63,556 nt of DNA from Myxococcales bacterium (GCA_012959665.1 DUCT01000222.1:1-63556); one strand, 5' to 3'. Shown: positions 1 to 10,154, counted from the first letter of the stretch. The notes: generated by a model from the letters alone, not told the origin. A program made the numbers and translations.

Positions 1-991
1 CCGCGTTCTTCCGTCCCGCAAACCCCTCGCCGCTCTCGCCCTCGAGCAGGAGCAGTAGGGGAGCGGCGATGTAGATCGACGAGTAGGTTCCGACCACTAC
101 GCCAATCAGCATCGCGAAGGCAAAGGGGCGAATCACTTCTCCGCCGAGGAAATAGAGACAGAAAAGCGCCATCAGTGTTGTTCCCGAAGTCAACACGGTG
201 CGCGAGAGCGTTTGGTTGACGCTTTCGTTCAACACCTCGGGCAAGGCCGCCTTGGTACGCAATGCCATATTCTCGCGGATTCGGTCGTAGATGATAATCG
301 TATCGTTCAGGCTGTAGCCAATGATGGCTAGAAGCGCGGCCAGCACCCTCAGGTCAAATTCAAGTCCGAGAATCACAAAAATTCCCGATGTCACCAGCAG
401 GTCGTGGAAGACCGCTACCACTGCACCGGGCGCGAATCGCGAACTGAAGCGAATCGTCACGTAGACGAGAATCGCCAGGCTGGCCCAGAAGAGCGCCCAA
501 AGACCATCCGAGCGGAGCTCGGCACCCACCCGGGGACCCACGAAATCAACGCGCTGCACCGTCAGCGGGCCGATTCCCTCGCTGAGCACAGCCTCGATCA
601 TTTGCACGCGATCGACGGAGGCAGTGGCCGAGCCATTTCCTTCACCCGGCTCCTCGGCTTCGCCGCCAGCCCCGGAAACGACGTCTTCACCTCCCTTGAA
701 CTTGATGAGGAATTCCCGGCTCGAGACCTCACCGAAGCGCACCACCGAGGGGTCAGCCACCACGGCGGTCTCGGCGAGGGCACTCCGAATCATGCCCTCA
801 TCGGCGGTCACTCCGGGCTCGAAGCGCACCTGCATCTCGCTCCCGCCGGCAAAGTCGACGCCGAGCCGAATTCCCTGCACGGGAATCATGGCCAGGGAGA
901 TCAGAATCAGCCCCGCCGACAGCGTCGCACACAACTTTCCTCGACCGATGAAGTCTATATTGGTTCCCGAAGGAATAATTTCGAACGGCAA
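1..991 (-). CDS. secF: Protein translocase subunit SecF (C-terminal end runs off the window)
   Basis: Absent from the ORF track because it is open at the window edge. Minus-strand translation from TTG at 989-991 gives LPFEIIPSGTNIDFIGRGKLCATLSAGLILISLAMIPVQGIRLGVDFAGGSEMQVRF... and later ...FHDLLVTSGIFVILGLEFDLRVLAALLAIIGYSLNDTIIIYDRIRENMALRTK..., typical of SecF. It starts 13 nt after the secD stop. Confidence 0.85.
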   Translation of the reverse strand, partial: MPFEIIPSGTNIDFIGRGKLCATLSAGLILISLAMIPVQGIRLGVDFAGGSEMQVRFEPGVTADEGMIRSALAETAVVADPSVVRFGEVSSREFLIKFKGGEDVVSGAGGEAEEPGEGNGSATASVDRVQMIEAVLSEGIGPLTVQRVDFVGPRVGAELRSDGLWALFWASLAILVYVTIRFSSRFAPGAVVAVFHDLLVTSGIFVILGLEFDLRVLAALLAIIGYSLNDTIIIYDRIRENMALRTKAALPEVLNESVNQTLSRTVLTSGTTLMALFCLYFLGGEVIRPFAFAMLIGVVVGTYSSIYIAAPLLLLLEGESGEGFAGRKNA

Positions 992-1003
992 GCTAGAACC
1001 TCC

Positions 1004-2590
1004 CTATATGGACAACTGCTGGACAGAACGTCCACCCGGATAGAGCATGAAGGCGGTTCGGGTCACCACCAGCGCCGCAAAGACGCTGGTCAGAATCCCG
1101 ATGGAAAGCGTGACCGCAAATCCCTTGATGGGACCCGTCCCAAACTCAAAGAGAATCAGCGCAGTAATGAGCGTCGTGATATTCGCATCCAGCACGGTCC
1201 ATGTGGCTTTCTGGAAGCCTATGGCCACAGCGGTGCGCGGCGTCTTGCCAGCTCGAAGTTCCTCACGAATTCGCTCGAAGATGATGACGTTCGCATCCAC
1301 CGCCATGCCCACGGTGAGCACCAAGCCGGCAATCCCTGGCAGGGTCAGGGTCGCCTCGAAAAGCGACATGACCCCAGCGAGAAGAACCAAGTTGAACAAC
1401 AGGGCAATGCAGGCGTAAAGGCCACTGAGCCGATAGTAGAAACCGGCAAAAATCAGTACCAGAGCAAACCCAGCAACCGAGGCCCGGGTCCCCGACTCGA
1501 TCGAATCCTGCCCAAGCGCCGGTCCGACGCTGCGCTCCTCTTCGATGACCACCGGTACCGAGAGCGCGCCCGCCCGGAGAACCACCGCGAGATCCGCGGC
1601 CTGCTGCACGGTGTAGCGGCCTTCGATCTGCCCGTTGGTCGAAATCCGCGACCGGATCACAGGAGCGCTATAGACGTTCTCATCGAGGATAATTGCGAGT
1701 TGGTTGCCAATGTTCTCACTCGTGAGATCGCCGAAAATTCGGCCCCCTTCGGGATTGAAGCGGAAGCTCACCAGGGGCCGCTGTTGCTGATCCCAGCTCA
1801 GCCGAGCGTCATCGAGATAATCGCCGGTGATATCGGGCGCCTTGCGAAGCAGATACGCGGCAACCACCTGTTCGGTCTCGGAGTCACGCTCCACGGAAAT
1901 TTCGTGTTCCTCGGCAATTCCGTCGGGGTAGCGAGCCCGGAGCAGCGCCTCGCTCTCGGCGTTATCCAAGACGATCTTGAACTCAAGGAAGCCGGTGGAC
2001 TTGAGCAGAGCTCGAGCTCGGCTCCGATCGATTTGGCCACCCGGGATCTGCACCAGGACCCGGTCGTCGCCCTGACGGGTCACCACCGAATCGGGGATTC
2101 CTCGAACCGGATCGTCGATACGCCGGCGGAGAACTTCGAGTACCTGGGCCATGGTCCGCTCCCGGATCTCCTGGCTCCAATCATCGGTGAGCTCGTACAC
2201 CCCGGGTTCCGGTGAATTAGAAACAGCCCTCAGGGAGCCGACAGCCGCCGCCGCGGCCTGAATCGCCTCGAGGCTCGCGGGAGGAATGTTCGAGATCTGC
2301 AGGCGGCCGTCCTCGGCCACAATGGTCTGTCCGTCGATTCCCTGATCGCTCAGTGTCTCCAGCAGGCCGTCGCGCAGAAATTCGAGTTCGTGCTGCACCG
2401 CCTCGTCGATCTGCACGCCGACGACCCAGTGAATCCCCCCCTGCAGGTCGAGCCCGAGGCGGATGCCATCATCGGGCCAGAATTCACTCTGCTGCCGCTC
2501 CTCCTTGGGAACAAAGTTCGCCGCGGTGATATAAGAGGCGATCAAGACGAGGGCCAGAATCGATCCAGCCCGAAAGGTCAAACGGCTCAC
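1004..2590 (-). CDS. secD: Protein translocase subunit SecD
   Basis: 528-aa ORF. N-terminal TM helix, then LGLDLQGGIHWVVGV, a periplasmic domain and a C-terminal TM bundle (GIAGLVLTVGMAVDANVIIFERIREE). Its start overlaps the yajC stop by 4 nt. Confidence 0.95.
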   Translation of the reverse strand: MSRLTFRAGSILALVLIASYITAANFVPKEERQQSEFWPDDGIRLGLDLQGGIHWVVGVQIDEAVQHELEFLRDGLLETLSDQGIDGQTIVAEDGRLQISNIPPASLEAIQAAAAAVGSLRAVSNSPEPGVYELTDDWSQEIRERTMAQVLEVLRRRIDDPVRGIPDSVVTRQGDDRVLVQIPGGQIDRSRARALLKSTGFLEFKIVLDNAESEALLRARYPDGIAEEHEISVERDSETEQVVAAYLLRKAPDITGDYLDDARLSWDQQQRPLVSFRFNPEGGRIFGDLTSENIGNQLAIILDENVYSAPVIRSRISTNGQIEGRYTVQQAADLAVVLRAGALSVPVVIEEERSVGPALGQDSIESGTRASVAGFALVLIFAGFYYRLSGLYACIALLFNLVLLAGVMSLFEATLTLPGIAGLVLTVGMAVDANVIIFERIREELRAGKTPRTAVAIGFQKATWTVLDANITTLITALILFEFGTGPIKGFAVTLSIGILTSVFAALVVTRTAFMLYPGGRSVQQLSI

Positions 2591-2934
2591 TTGGTCTCCT
2601 CCCCTTTTCCTTCATCCGCCCGGACCACACTTGCAATGCCGGTACGAGAAACTTCGACTTCCACGCGCGCGCCCCCCTTGACTCGAGCGATCTCGAGGGT
2701 CACCGACTCATCGGCCACTTCGGTCACCACCCCGTGCAATCCACCCGAGGTCACCACACGATCCCCACGGACCAGGGATCGGATCAATTCCTCGCGATCC
2801 TTCTGTTGTCGCTGCTGAGGACGAATGACCAGGAAATAGAAAATCAGAAAAATCGCGCCCATCATGAGGAAGAAGCTCGGATCGAACGCTTCGCCCTGGG
2901 CCTGCATTAAAACTGTGGAGGGAATTCCCATCAT
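2587..2934 (-). CDS. yajC: Preprotein translocase subunit YajC
   Basis: 115 aa with a single TM helix followed by VIRPQQRQQKDREELIRSLVRGDRVVTSGGLHGVVTEV, the YajC signature. Classic yajC-secD-secF order. Confidence 0.9.
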   Translation of the reverse strand: MMGIPSTVLMQAQGEAFDPSFFLMMGAIFLIFYFLVIRPQQRQQKDREELIRSLVRGDRVVTSGGLHGVVTEVADESVTLEIARVKGGARVEVEVSRTGIASVVRADEGKGEETK

Positions 2935-3014
2935 CTCAAGACGTGCTCCGCTGACTCAAAATCATTTTTTCTCCTCGTTTCTCATCGGTCGCCCCGGGGA
3001 AGAACTTTCCTAAA

Positions 3015-4160
3015 TCAACTACCCGCGAACTCTTCGGCATCACCAAAATTCCGGCCCCAACGGGTGAGCTTGGTGCCCGGATAAAAGCTCTCGAGAATAT
3101 CCGTGTAAATCGCACCGCGTCGAGCCATTCCCTGGGCACCCCATTGGCTCATTCCTACCCCGTGGCCGCGTCCGGATCCCGCAAAAATGAAAGCGCCGTC
3201 GCGTACGCTCAGCTGAAAGAGCGTGCTCTTGAGAATGGACTCACCCAGAGCCGCTCTCAACCTGCCTCCCGAAAGTCTCGCTTCCCCGCGACTGCCCCTA
3301 AAGCGTAACTTCAAGACCCGACCGCTCTCCGATCGAGCCAGAACCTGCGCCGACCAGACATCGCCAATGCCCCGGCCGATCGCTTCCAAAGCCTCGCCCA
3401 TTGTGGTGCGGGAGATCTCTGTGCGCCAGTACGTATCGGGCGAGTCCTCCTCCCCCTTGACCTCCGTGCTGGTCAGATACGAAAGGTCTTGGCCCCAAAC
3501 CTCCCGGGCGCTGGCCGTGCGGCCCCCAGAGGCCGAGTGATAGGCCGCCAGAATCGGCGCCCCTTGCCACATCAACACCTCACACCGCGTGGCCCGAACG
3601 GCTCCACTGACGGCTTTTCGCGGCGCGACCCACTCGAAGACCTGGCTTCGGGTATCGGCCTCCACGTGGTAGAGCCTCCTCGAATGGACCGCCCGTTGAT
3701 GGAGACCATAGCTACGGCTGACCACGGCCTGGGCACGCAGCGCCTGATCCTTCCAGCGGGCGGGAACCTCGCCCATGAGCACCCCCGCCACATAGGCCTC
3801 CAGGGGTACTTCGGCGATCAGGGCAAGCTGATTGTCCAAGCGAACCACCGAGAGAATCCCCGGAACCCGGTGCCCCTTCAGCCGAGCCTGCCCGCGTCCG
3901 CTTTGCCAGACCGCCTTGCGAACGCCGTTGACGGTGAGCTGGCCGTCCGCCGTGGGTGCGAAGCGATAGTTCTTGCCCTGGCTCGCCAGGGAAAAAGAGG
4001 ATTCCCGCCGATCGAGCAAGACTCGAATCGTCGTATCGCACGCCGGAGCTGCCAGCGCGCACATCGGCGCCAGAACAGCGATCCCGATCACTGCTACCAG
4101 CCCGACCCGTCCCCCCGCGAGAATGGCCTGCATTGCGGCGTCTTGATCGCACGAACTCAC
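3015..4160 (-). CDS. SpoIID/LytB domain-containing protein
   Basis: 381 aa with a signal-like N-terminus (GLVAVIGIAVLAPMCALAAPA). Motifs AVVSRSYGL, AAYHSASGGRTASAREVWG and GHGVGMSQWGAQGMA are characteristic of the SpoIID/LytB family. The real start may be the internal Met (MQAIL...). Confidence 0.85.
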   Translation of the reverse strand: MSSCDQDAAMQAILAGGRVGLVAVIGIAVLAPMCALAAPACDTTIRVLLDRRESSFSLASQGKNYRFAPTADGQLTVNGVRKAVWQSGRGQARLKGHRVPGILSVVRLDNQLALIAEVPLEAYVAGVLMGEVPARWKDQALRAQAVVSRSYGLHQRAVHSRRLYHVEADTRSQVFEWVAPRKAVSGAVRATRCEVLMWQGAPILAAYHSASGGRTASAREVWGQDLSYLTSTEVKGEEDSPDTYWRTEISRTTMGEALEAIGRGIGDVWSAQVLARSESGRVLKLRFRGSRGEARLSGGRLRAALGESILKSTLFQLSVRDGAFIFAGSGRGHGVGMSQWGAQGMARRGAIYTDILESFYPGTKLTRWGRNFGDAEEFAGS

Positions 4161-4211
4161 TGCCGGGTCAAGGGACTCCCCCGGAATTGTTGCGCTTTAC
4201 CCCGGCGCGGA

Positions 4212-5375
4212 TCAAAGATCGCCGCGGATCGCGTCCGCCCGATCCGTCCGCTCCCAAGGAAATCCCGCGTCTTCTCGTCCGAAGTGGCCGTGGTAGGAGG
4301 TCGCCCGGTAGATCGGTCGACGGAGATCCAGCATTTCGTCGATGCCCCTGGGCGTCAGGTCGAAATGCTTTCGCACCATCTGCTCAAGGCGCCCCATGTC
4401 GAGAGAGCTGGTTCCGAAAGTCTCCACTCGAATCGACAGAGGCTCAGCAACCCCGATCGCGTAGGCGAGTTGCACCTCGCAGCGGGTGGCCACGCCCGCA
4501 GCCACCAGGTTCTTGGCCACGTAGCGACTCGCGTAAGCCGCGCTTCGGTCGACCTTCGAGGGGTCCTTACCCGAAAAAGCGCCGCCTCCGTGGCGTCCCA
4601 TCCCCCCATAGGTGTCCACGATGATCTTTCGGCCCGTCAGCCCGGCATCCCCCATGGGCCCGCCCACTACGAAACGGCCCGTGGGATTGACGTGAAAAAT
4701 CGTGTCGTTGTCGATCAATTCAGCGGGAATACTCGTCCGAATGATCTGCTCGATGACTTCGTCCCGAAGCTTGTCATAGCTGACATCCGGCGAGTGCTGG
4801 GTTGAAACCACCGCTGTATCAATCCGGGCCGCGCTGCCGTCTTCATTGTATTGCACCGTCACCTGGCTCTTGGCATCGGGCCGCAGGTAGTCGAGTTCCC
4901 CGGATTCGAAGCAATTGCGGTGGGCCTCGATCAGTTTGTGGGCATAGCGGATGGGCGCGGGCATCAATTCGGGGGTTTCATCACACGCGTATCCGAACAT
5001 CATCCCCTGATCTCCGGCCCCCTGTTCCTTGTGGAGGCCCTCCCCCTCGCTAACCCCCTGGGAGATATCGGGGGATTGCCGTCCCAGGGCCACCATCACG
5101 CTGCAGGTGGATGCGTCGAAGCCCATGTCTGAACTCGTGTAACCGATGTCGTGAACCACGTTGCGAACCAACGGTTGAATATCGACCTCGGCCTGGGTCG
5201 TCACTTCGCCACAAATCAACACGAGCCCGGTGGTCGTCGCGGTTTCGCACGCCACTCGCGAAGCCGGATCCTGGGCCAGCATGGCATCGAGGACCGCATC
5301 GGATATCTGGTCGCACATTTTGTCGGGGTGCCCCATGGACACGGATTCCGATGTGAAAAACGAACGATTGGCCAT
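4212..5375 (-). CDS. metK: S-adenosylmethionine synthetase
   Basis: [62 protein letters not shown]. Start placed at Met13 of the 399-aa ORF (ATG 5373-5375), preceded by an AGGAGA-type RBS. Confidence 0.95.
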   Translation of the reverse strand: MANRSFFTSESVSMGHPDKMCDQISDAVLDAMLAQDPASRVACETATTTGLVLICGEVTTQAEVDIQPLVRNVVHDIGYTSSDMGFDASTCSVMVALGRQSPDISQGVSEGEGLHKEQGAGDQGMMFGYACDETPELMPAPIRYAHKLIEAHRNCFESGELDYLRPDAKSQVTVQYNEDGSAARIDTAVVSTQHSPDVSYDKLRDEVIEQIIRTSIPAELIDNDTIFHVNPTGRFVVGGPMGDAGLTGRKIIVDTYGGMGRHGGGAFSGKDPSKVDRSAAYASRYVAKNLVAAGVATRCEVQLAYAIGVAEPLSIRVETFGTSSLDMGRLEQMVRKHFDLTPRGIDEMLDLRRPIYRATSYHGHFGREDAGFPWERTDRADAIRGDL

Positions 5376-5526
5376 GTTTTCTGTTCTCCTGCTCCGGTGC
5401 GGGGACGGCACGCCGACGACTCGGCGGCCAGAAGTCTCCCGTAGTCATCCAATTCCGACTGGCTCCAAGCCAGCATTCAACGGGGTCCCGGACTCTAGAC
5501 GAGCCAGGGGGGGCCTGAAACCCCCG

Positions 5527-5805
5527 CTAGTTCTGGCCCGCGGCTTCGAGTAGCAACCCCAACTCGCTCACCGCCTGTTCGGCGTCGGTTCCCACAGCCC
5601 GAATTTTCAGGGTGCTCCCGTGCTCAGCCGCAAGGGACAGAATCGAGAGGATACTGCAGCCGCTCACCCACTCTTCGCCTCGGCCCACGGTAATTTCGCT
5701 GGAGAACCGGCCGGCCAGGGCAACAAATTGGCCAGCGGGCCGGGCATGCAGCCCGAGTTCGGCCCGCACCGTGAACGCCTGTTCGACCTCTGCTTCTCGG
5801 CTCAT
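5527..5805 (-). CDS. ptsH: HPr/NPr-family phosphocarrier protein
   Basis: 92 aa. AELGLHARPAG matches the active-site His context of the HPr family. Its start overlaps the upstream EIIA stop. Whether it is HPr or NPr (ptsO) cannot be decided from the sequence. Confidence 0.85.
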   Translation of the reverse strand: MSREAEVEQAFTVRAELGLHARPAGQFVALAGRFSSEITVGRGEEWVSGCSILSILSLAAEHGSTLKIRAVGTDAEQAVSELGLLLEAAGQN

Positions 5806-6215
5806 CCCGGATTTCCTTCCGGAAGCAGCTGGCTTGCCACGGAGATGTTCCGCTGCCCATACTCCTTGACGAAAGTCGCCAGTTCTTCGAGGGACTTATC
5901 GTCCTTGAGACTGGCCAATTTGACCAACATGGGAAGGTTCATTCCCGTGACCACCTCGACGTGGTGCTCTTCATGGAAGGAGAGCGCGACATTGGACGGA
6001 GTTCCCCCGAACATATCGGTCAAGATGAGCACGCCGTCATTCTCATCGGCCTCGCCGATCCCCTTGAGAATCTTCTTTCGCATGGCCTCAAGCTGCTCGG
6101 AAGGATCGAGTGAAATTGAATAAAAGCTTCTTCCGTCGGGAACGATCAAGCTCAGGGCTCGAAGAAATTCCTTCCCCAGATCGCAATGCGCAACGACTAC
6201 TACACCAACCGCCAT
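5802..6215 (-). CDS. PTS EIIA component, mannose/fructose family
   Basis: MAVGVVVVAHCDLGKEF... (His in the VVAHxxLG context) and LILTDMFGGTPSN, typical of EIIA-Man. Start chosen at Met21 of the ORF (6213-6215), which overlaps the rapZ stop. Confidence 0.85.
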   Translation of the reverse strand: MAVGVVVVAHCDLGKEFLRALSLIVPDGRSFYSISLDPSEQLEAMRKKILKGIGEADENDGVLILTDMFGGTPSNVALSFHEEHHVEVVTGMNLPMLVKLASLKDDKSLEELATFVKEYGQRNISVASQLLPEGNPG

Positions 6216-7084
6216 CAGGCTCTCTCCACGTCTCGATGAGCGACGTTCACCTCGCGCCCCATGTCCACCAGCCAACTGCTCAGCGCCTCGGCCATGGCCA
6301 CCGATCTATGCTGGCCTCCTGTACAACCGATTCCTATTGTCACGTACGCTTTTCCCTCTTCGTCATAGAGCGGCAACATAAATGAAACGAAATCCTTCAA
6401 GCGACCGAGGAGGTCCCGGCCACGATCACTCTCCAGTACGTAGTCGGCGACAACCTTCTCGCGGCCGGAAAGGACTCTCATCTCCTCCTCGAAATATGGA
6501 TTGGGGAGAAACCGCATATCAAAAAGAAGCTCAACCGCGGTGGGCGTACCGTAGCGAAAACCGAAGGATATGAGGCTGACCACCGTCGGACGGGTCTCCC
6601 CAAGAACGTGGCCCATGACCTGGGCCTTGAGCTCATGAACATTGAGACTTGTGGTGTCTATAATCTGATCTGCCAGACTCAGCGCATCGGCAAGAAGCGC
6701 CCTCTCCCGCTCGACCCCCTTCACCACGCTACCCTCGGGCGAGAGGGGGTGGACCCTACGTGTCTCCCTGTAACGCTTTTCGATCACTTCGTTCGAGCAG
6801 TCCAGGAAGAGCACCTCGGTCAGCCCCCCGGCGCCCCGCAAATTAGCCGCCACAGCAGGAAATTTCGTCAGAAATCGCTCCTCCCGTGTATCGAGCGCCA
6901 GGGCGATTTTCTCCACCGGTGGGTTCGACAGAGCGCAGAGCCCGATGAACTGAGCCACGAGTTGGGCCGGGAGGTTGTCCACACAGTAGAAACCGAGATC
7001 CTCCAAGGCCGCCATGGCTGTGCTTTTTCCGCTTCCCGAAAGGCCGGCCACGAAAACGACATGGGGTGTCTTTCGTCCGTTCAT
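6215..7084 (-). CDS. rapZ: RNase adapter protein RapZ (YhbJ family)
   Basis: 289 aa. Walker A GLSGSGKST, FLDCSNEVIEKRYRETRRVHPL, and C-terminal GIGCTGGQHRSV. Confidence 0.95.
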   Translation of the reverse strand: MNGRKTPHVVFVAGLSGSGKSTAMAALEDLGFYCVDNLPAQLVAQFIGLCALSNPPVEKIALALDTREERFLTKFPAVAANLRGAGGLTEVLFLDCSNEVIEKRYRETRRVHPLSPEGSVVKGVERERALLADALSLADQIIDTTSLNVHELKAQVMGHVLGETRPTVVSLISFGFRYGTPTAVELLFDMRFLPNPYFEEEMRVLSGREKVVADYVLESDRGRDLLGRLKDFVSFMLPLYDEEGKAYVTIGIGCTGGQHRSVAMAEALSSWLVDMGREVNVAHRDVERA

Positions 7085-7104
7085 TCGCCTCCCTTCGGAA
7101 GAGC

Positions 7105-7644
7105 CTAGGCCCTCGCAGTCCCGCTCTCTTTCAGGCGTTCATCCAGTTGTCGCGCCGCGTTGTTCCCCATGCTTCGACTCCGATGATCCATCGCGGCAAC
7201 CTCGATCAGCGAAGCCATCCCTCCCGTCGACCTCAACGGCAACGTCAAAGCCGGAATCTTCACCCCGAGTACTTCCTCCCGGGGACGCTCCAAACCGGTT
7301 CGCTCATATTCCATCCCGGCCATCCAAGGCTCAAGGCGGCAGATCAGTTCCACACGCGCTTCATCGCGCACGGCGCTAGACCCGTAGAGTTGCGCAATAT
7401 CCAGCAAGCCCACTCCGCGCAATTCCATGTAGTGCCGTATCGACTCAGGCGAACGTCCCATCAGAAACTTCTCGGACGAATCGGCCCCGAAAATTTCAAG
7501 ACGAACGACATCGTCAGCAACGAGTCGATGTCCACGCTGAACCAGTTCGAGTGCGCTCTCGCTCTTCCCGACTCCACTTTGACCACGAATCAGAACGCCG
7601 ACTTCATGAACCTCGACCAACGCTGCGTGTAGCGGAATATCCAC
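7105..7644 (-). CDS. hprK: HPr kinase/phosphorylase, short form (kinase domain only)
   Basis: 179 aa. P-loop GQSGVGKSE followed by HRLVADD. The N-terminal domain of long HprK proteins is absent. Confidence 0.85.
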   Translation of the reverse strand: MDIPLHAALVEVHEVGVLIRGQSGVGKSESALELVQRGHRLVADDVVRLEIFGADSSEKFLMGRSPESIRHYMELRGVGLLDIAQLYGSSAVRDEARVELICRLEPWMAGMEYERTGLERPREEVLGVKIPALTLPLRSTGGMASLIEVAAMDHRSRSMGNNAARQLDERLKESGTARA

Positions 7645-7694
7645 TGCGCTCCCCTCAAGGCCCGAACCGGCGCCGGGCAGGCCACCATGGGAAT

Positions 7695-8159
7695 TCAGAA
7701 CTTGCCGTCCTCCACTTCGATCACCGCCATGACTTCGTCCAGGCCGACTGCCTCGGAGAGTTTTTTTCGAAAATCTGCGTTCCGGCAGAATCGCGAGATT
7801 CGGGCCAATGCCTTGAGGTGCTGGCGACCACCGGCGTGCTCGGGAACAACAAGCAGGAAAAAAAGTTCCGTGGGCTGGCCATCAATCGAGTCGAAGTCCA
7901 CTCCCTTGCGGCTTCGGGCGAACCCCGCCACCAACCCATCCAGGCCGGGCAGTTTCCCGTGTGGAATCGCAACGCCTTCGCCGATCCCGGTGCTCTGTAG
8001 CGCTTCCCGCTCCACCAGAACCTCAAGAAGTCGTTCCGCATCAATGGACGCAACGGCCCCGGCTAGGGCGCCGGCCATTTCTTCCAGCACGCCACTCTTA
8101 GTCCCTGCCTCAACGTCCAAGATCACCGCATCCCGGACGAGAATTTCCATAATCTTCAT
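7695..8159 (-). CDS. ptsN: PTS EIIA-Ntr
   Basis: 154 aa. GIGEGVAIPHGKL is the EIIA(Ntr/Fru) phospho-His motif. Lies directly downstream of rpoN. Confidence 0.9.
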   Translation of the reverse strand: MKIMEILVRDAVILDVEAGTKSGVLEEMAGALAGAVASIDAERLLEVLVEREALQSTGIGEGVAIPHGKLPGLDGLVAGFARSRKGVDFDSIDGQPTELFFLLVVPEHAGGRQHLKALARISRFCRNADFRKKLSEAVGLDEVMAVIEVEDGKF

Positions 8160-8195
8160 GCCGCCTCCTCGCTTGGCGGCCGGGAATCTATCCTA

Positions 8196-9770
8196 CTATC
8201 CGACCTCTCGCCGCTTGGTCGAGGAGAGGATATTCAGCGCCTCACGGTACTTGGTCACCGTCCGGCGAGCGATATCGATATTGATCAGCTTGAGGTGCTC
8301 GACGATACGCTGATCCGAAAGGGGTCGTGAGCGGTCCTCGGCGGAGATCAGCTTCCTAATCTCCTCTTTGACGCTCTCGCTCGCCACCACGTCACCGTCG
8401 ACCCGGCTGATGGAAGAGTTGAAAAAGTACTTCAGCTCAAAAATTCCCTGAGGCGTGTGCATGTACTTGTTGGTAGTCACGCGGCTCACTGTCGATTCGT
8501 GCATGCCGATATCGTCGGCGACGTCTCGAAGATTCAGCGGTTTGAGCGACGAGACGCCCGACTCAAAGAAATCGCCCTGATAGCGGATGATGCTCTCGGT
8601 CACCTTGTAGATTGTCCGCTGTCGTTGATGAATCGATTTGATGAGCCACAAAGCCGAGCGAACTTTATCCTGCACGTAGTTCTTCGTATCTCGCCCCTCG
8701 CCTGCGGCGGGGCGAGATTCCGAAAGAACACTCTTGTAGATGTTATTGACCTTGAGACGTGGGAGCCCATCTTCGTTCAGCAGGATATGGAACTCTCCCG
8801 CCACCTTGTAGACGTAGATATCGGGAGTGATGTAGACCGGCTCGTCGCCCCCAAAAGCACGTCCCGGTCGGGGCTCCAAATTTCCGATCTCTCGCACCGC
8901 GACAGAGACTTCTTCGATGCTCGAATCGAGAAGTCGAGCCAACTTCTTGAGATCCCGCTTCTGGAGCAATTCAATGTGGTCTTCGACAATCTGCAATACC
9001 AGTGGATTCGAGAGATTTAGCATGTTGATCTGAAGCATTAGACATTCGCGGAGGTCGCGTGCCGCGACGCCAGACGGATCGAGCTGTTGAATCTTGAAAA
9101 GAACGGCCTCCACGGCTTCGGGGGTACGGTCGGCTTGCCTCGCGAGTTCGTCGACCGTGGCGCTCAGGTAGCCCTTCTCGTTGAGATTGCCGATAATCCA
9201 TTCGGCGATAGCGACCTCTGTTTCGTCAAAATCCGAGAGTTGAATCTGCCAGTTCAAATGTTCGGCCAGATTGGGAGATCGAGTCAGGGTGGCTTCTATG
9301 CTGGGACGATTGTCGTCGTCTCCAAGGCCGCGGGACTCAAGACCCGTCAAGGGATGCGAGTCCATGTAGTCGTCCCATTCAATATCGGCGATCTTGTCCG
9401 CATCGCTGGGCGCCTCTGTGACATCGGCTTCGGTATTGGCCGGGGACTGATCTTCCCCAATGGCATCCAGATCGGCAGCGACTTCGGCCAGACCCGCATC
9501 GGGCTCGGCCTCTCCTCCGTCGCCGGCGGTTTCCGGTTCGCCGGCGTCCTCTTCCACCGAACTCTCCTGGGGCGTTTCATCGCTCCGTTCGGCCGGGGTC
9601 GCTTCCTCGCGGTCATCCTCTTCGAGGCACGGATTTTCTTGCAGCTCGTCCTGAACCAGGTCGGCGAGTTCAAGTTGGTTGAGCTGAAGCAGCTTGATCG
9701 CTTGCTGAAGCTGGGGGGTCATCACCAACTGCTGCGATAATCGAAGCTGCTGTTTAAGTTCAATCGCCAT
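8196..9770 (-). CDS. rpoN: RNA polymerase sigma-54 factor
   Basis: Region I MAIELKQQLRLSQQLVMTPQLQQAIKLLQL, a long acidic region II, and the C-terminal RpoN box ARRTVTKYRE. Confidence 0.97.
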   Translation of the reverse strand: MAIELKQQLRLSQQLVMTPQLQQAIKLLQLNQLELADLVQDELQENPCLEEDDREEATPAERSDETPQESSVEEDAGEPETAGDGGEAEPDAGLAEVAADLDAIGEDQSPANTEADVTEAPSDADKIADIEWDDYMDSHPLTGLESRGLGDDDNRPSIEATLTRSPNLAEHLNWQIQLSDFDETEVAIAEWIIGNLNEKGYLSATVDELARQADRTPEAVEAVLFKIQQLDPSGVAARDLRECLMLQINMLNLSNPLVLQIVEDHIELLQKRDLKKLARLLDSSIEEVSVAVREIGNLEPRPGRAFGGDEPVYITPDIYVYKVAGEFHILLNEDGLPRLKVNNIYKSVLSESRPAAGEGRDTKNYVQDKVRSALWLIKSIHQRQRTIYKVTESIIRYQGDFFESGVSSLKPLNLRDVADDIGMHESTVSRVTTNKYMHTPQGIFELKYFFNSSISRVDGDVVASESVKEEIRKLISAEDRSRPLSDQRIVEHLKLINIDIARRTVTKYREALNILSSTKRREVG

Positions 9771-10052
9771 CGTGACTCGTTTCTCTTCAGGGTTCGATAA
9801 GAGGCTAGCCGGATTTACCTCTACAGTGTCACGTCTGTTTTACGCGTTTTCTTGAGTTCGGAATCCCTTTTCTCTTGAGATAACATGGGATTAGGGGAAA
9901 TTAGGCACTTCCATAGGGCTACCGGTCTCATTTTTGCCTGACAACCCTTCAAAACAGGTTCGGCGCGGCGTCCCGATTGCAACTGTATCGGAACAAGGGC
10001 CGGCCCGACTCCTATATTCCCCAGAACCCACACGGAGGAGGCCAGGGGCGCC

Positions 10053-10101
10053 AAAAAAAATAAAACTGCCCCCGGGGCCCGTCCCGACAACCACGGCCCC
10101 G
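10053..10101 (-). terminator. Possible intrinsic terminator downstream of the 105-aa gene
   Basis: On the minus strand, CGGGGCC (10101-10095) pairs with GGCCCCG (10079-10073) across a 15-nt loop, followed by GGGCAG and a T-run (TTTTATTTTTTTT, complement of 10053-10065). The loop is long, so confidence is low. Confidence 0.35.
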
Positions 10102-10154
10102 AATCGCGCGAAAGCCCGATACCGCTGAGTTGGACGCCTGCAGCACGGCGTGGG

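Noticed and set aside
404-2215. 603-aa plus-strand ORF (and nested ORFs 624..1043, 1047..1418) covering secF/secD
   Set aside because: It is antisense to two clearly recognisable genes. Its product is Arg/Gly/His/Pro-rich low-complexity sequence with no motifs. This is the typical stop-codon-poor antisense frame of high-GC DNA.
3489-4805. 438-aa plus-strand ORF and several 70-220-aa ORFs across the SpoIID and metK genes
   Set aside because: They are antisense or alternative frames of strongly supported genes, and their products are Arg/Pro/Gly-rich with no recognisable domain.
5376-5526. SAM riboswitch upstream of metK
   Set aside because: The 150-nt leader has small hairpins (CTGGCT-TGG-AGCCAG; GGGGG...CCCCC). 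I could not find the conserved SAM-I, SAM-II or SAM-V core sequences by eye. A covariance-model (Rfam/Infernal) search would settle it.
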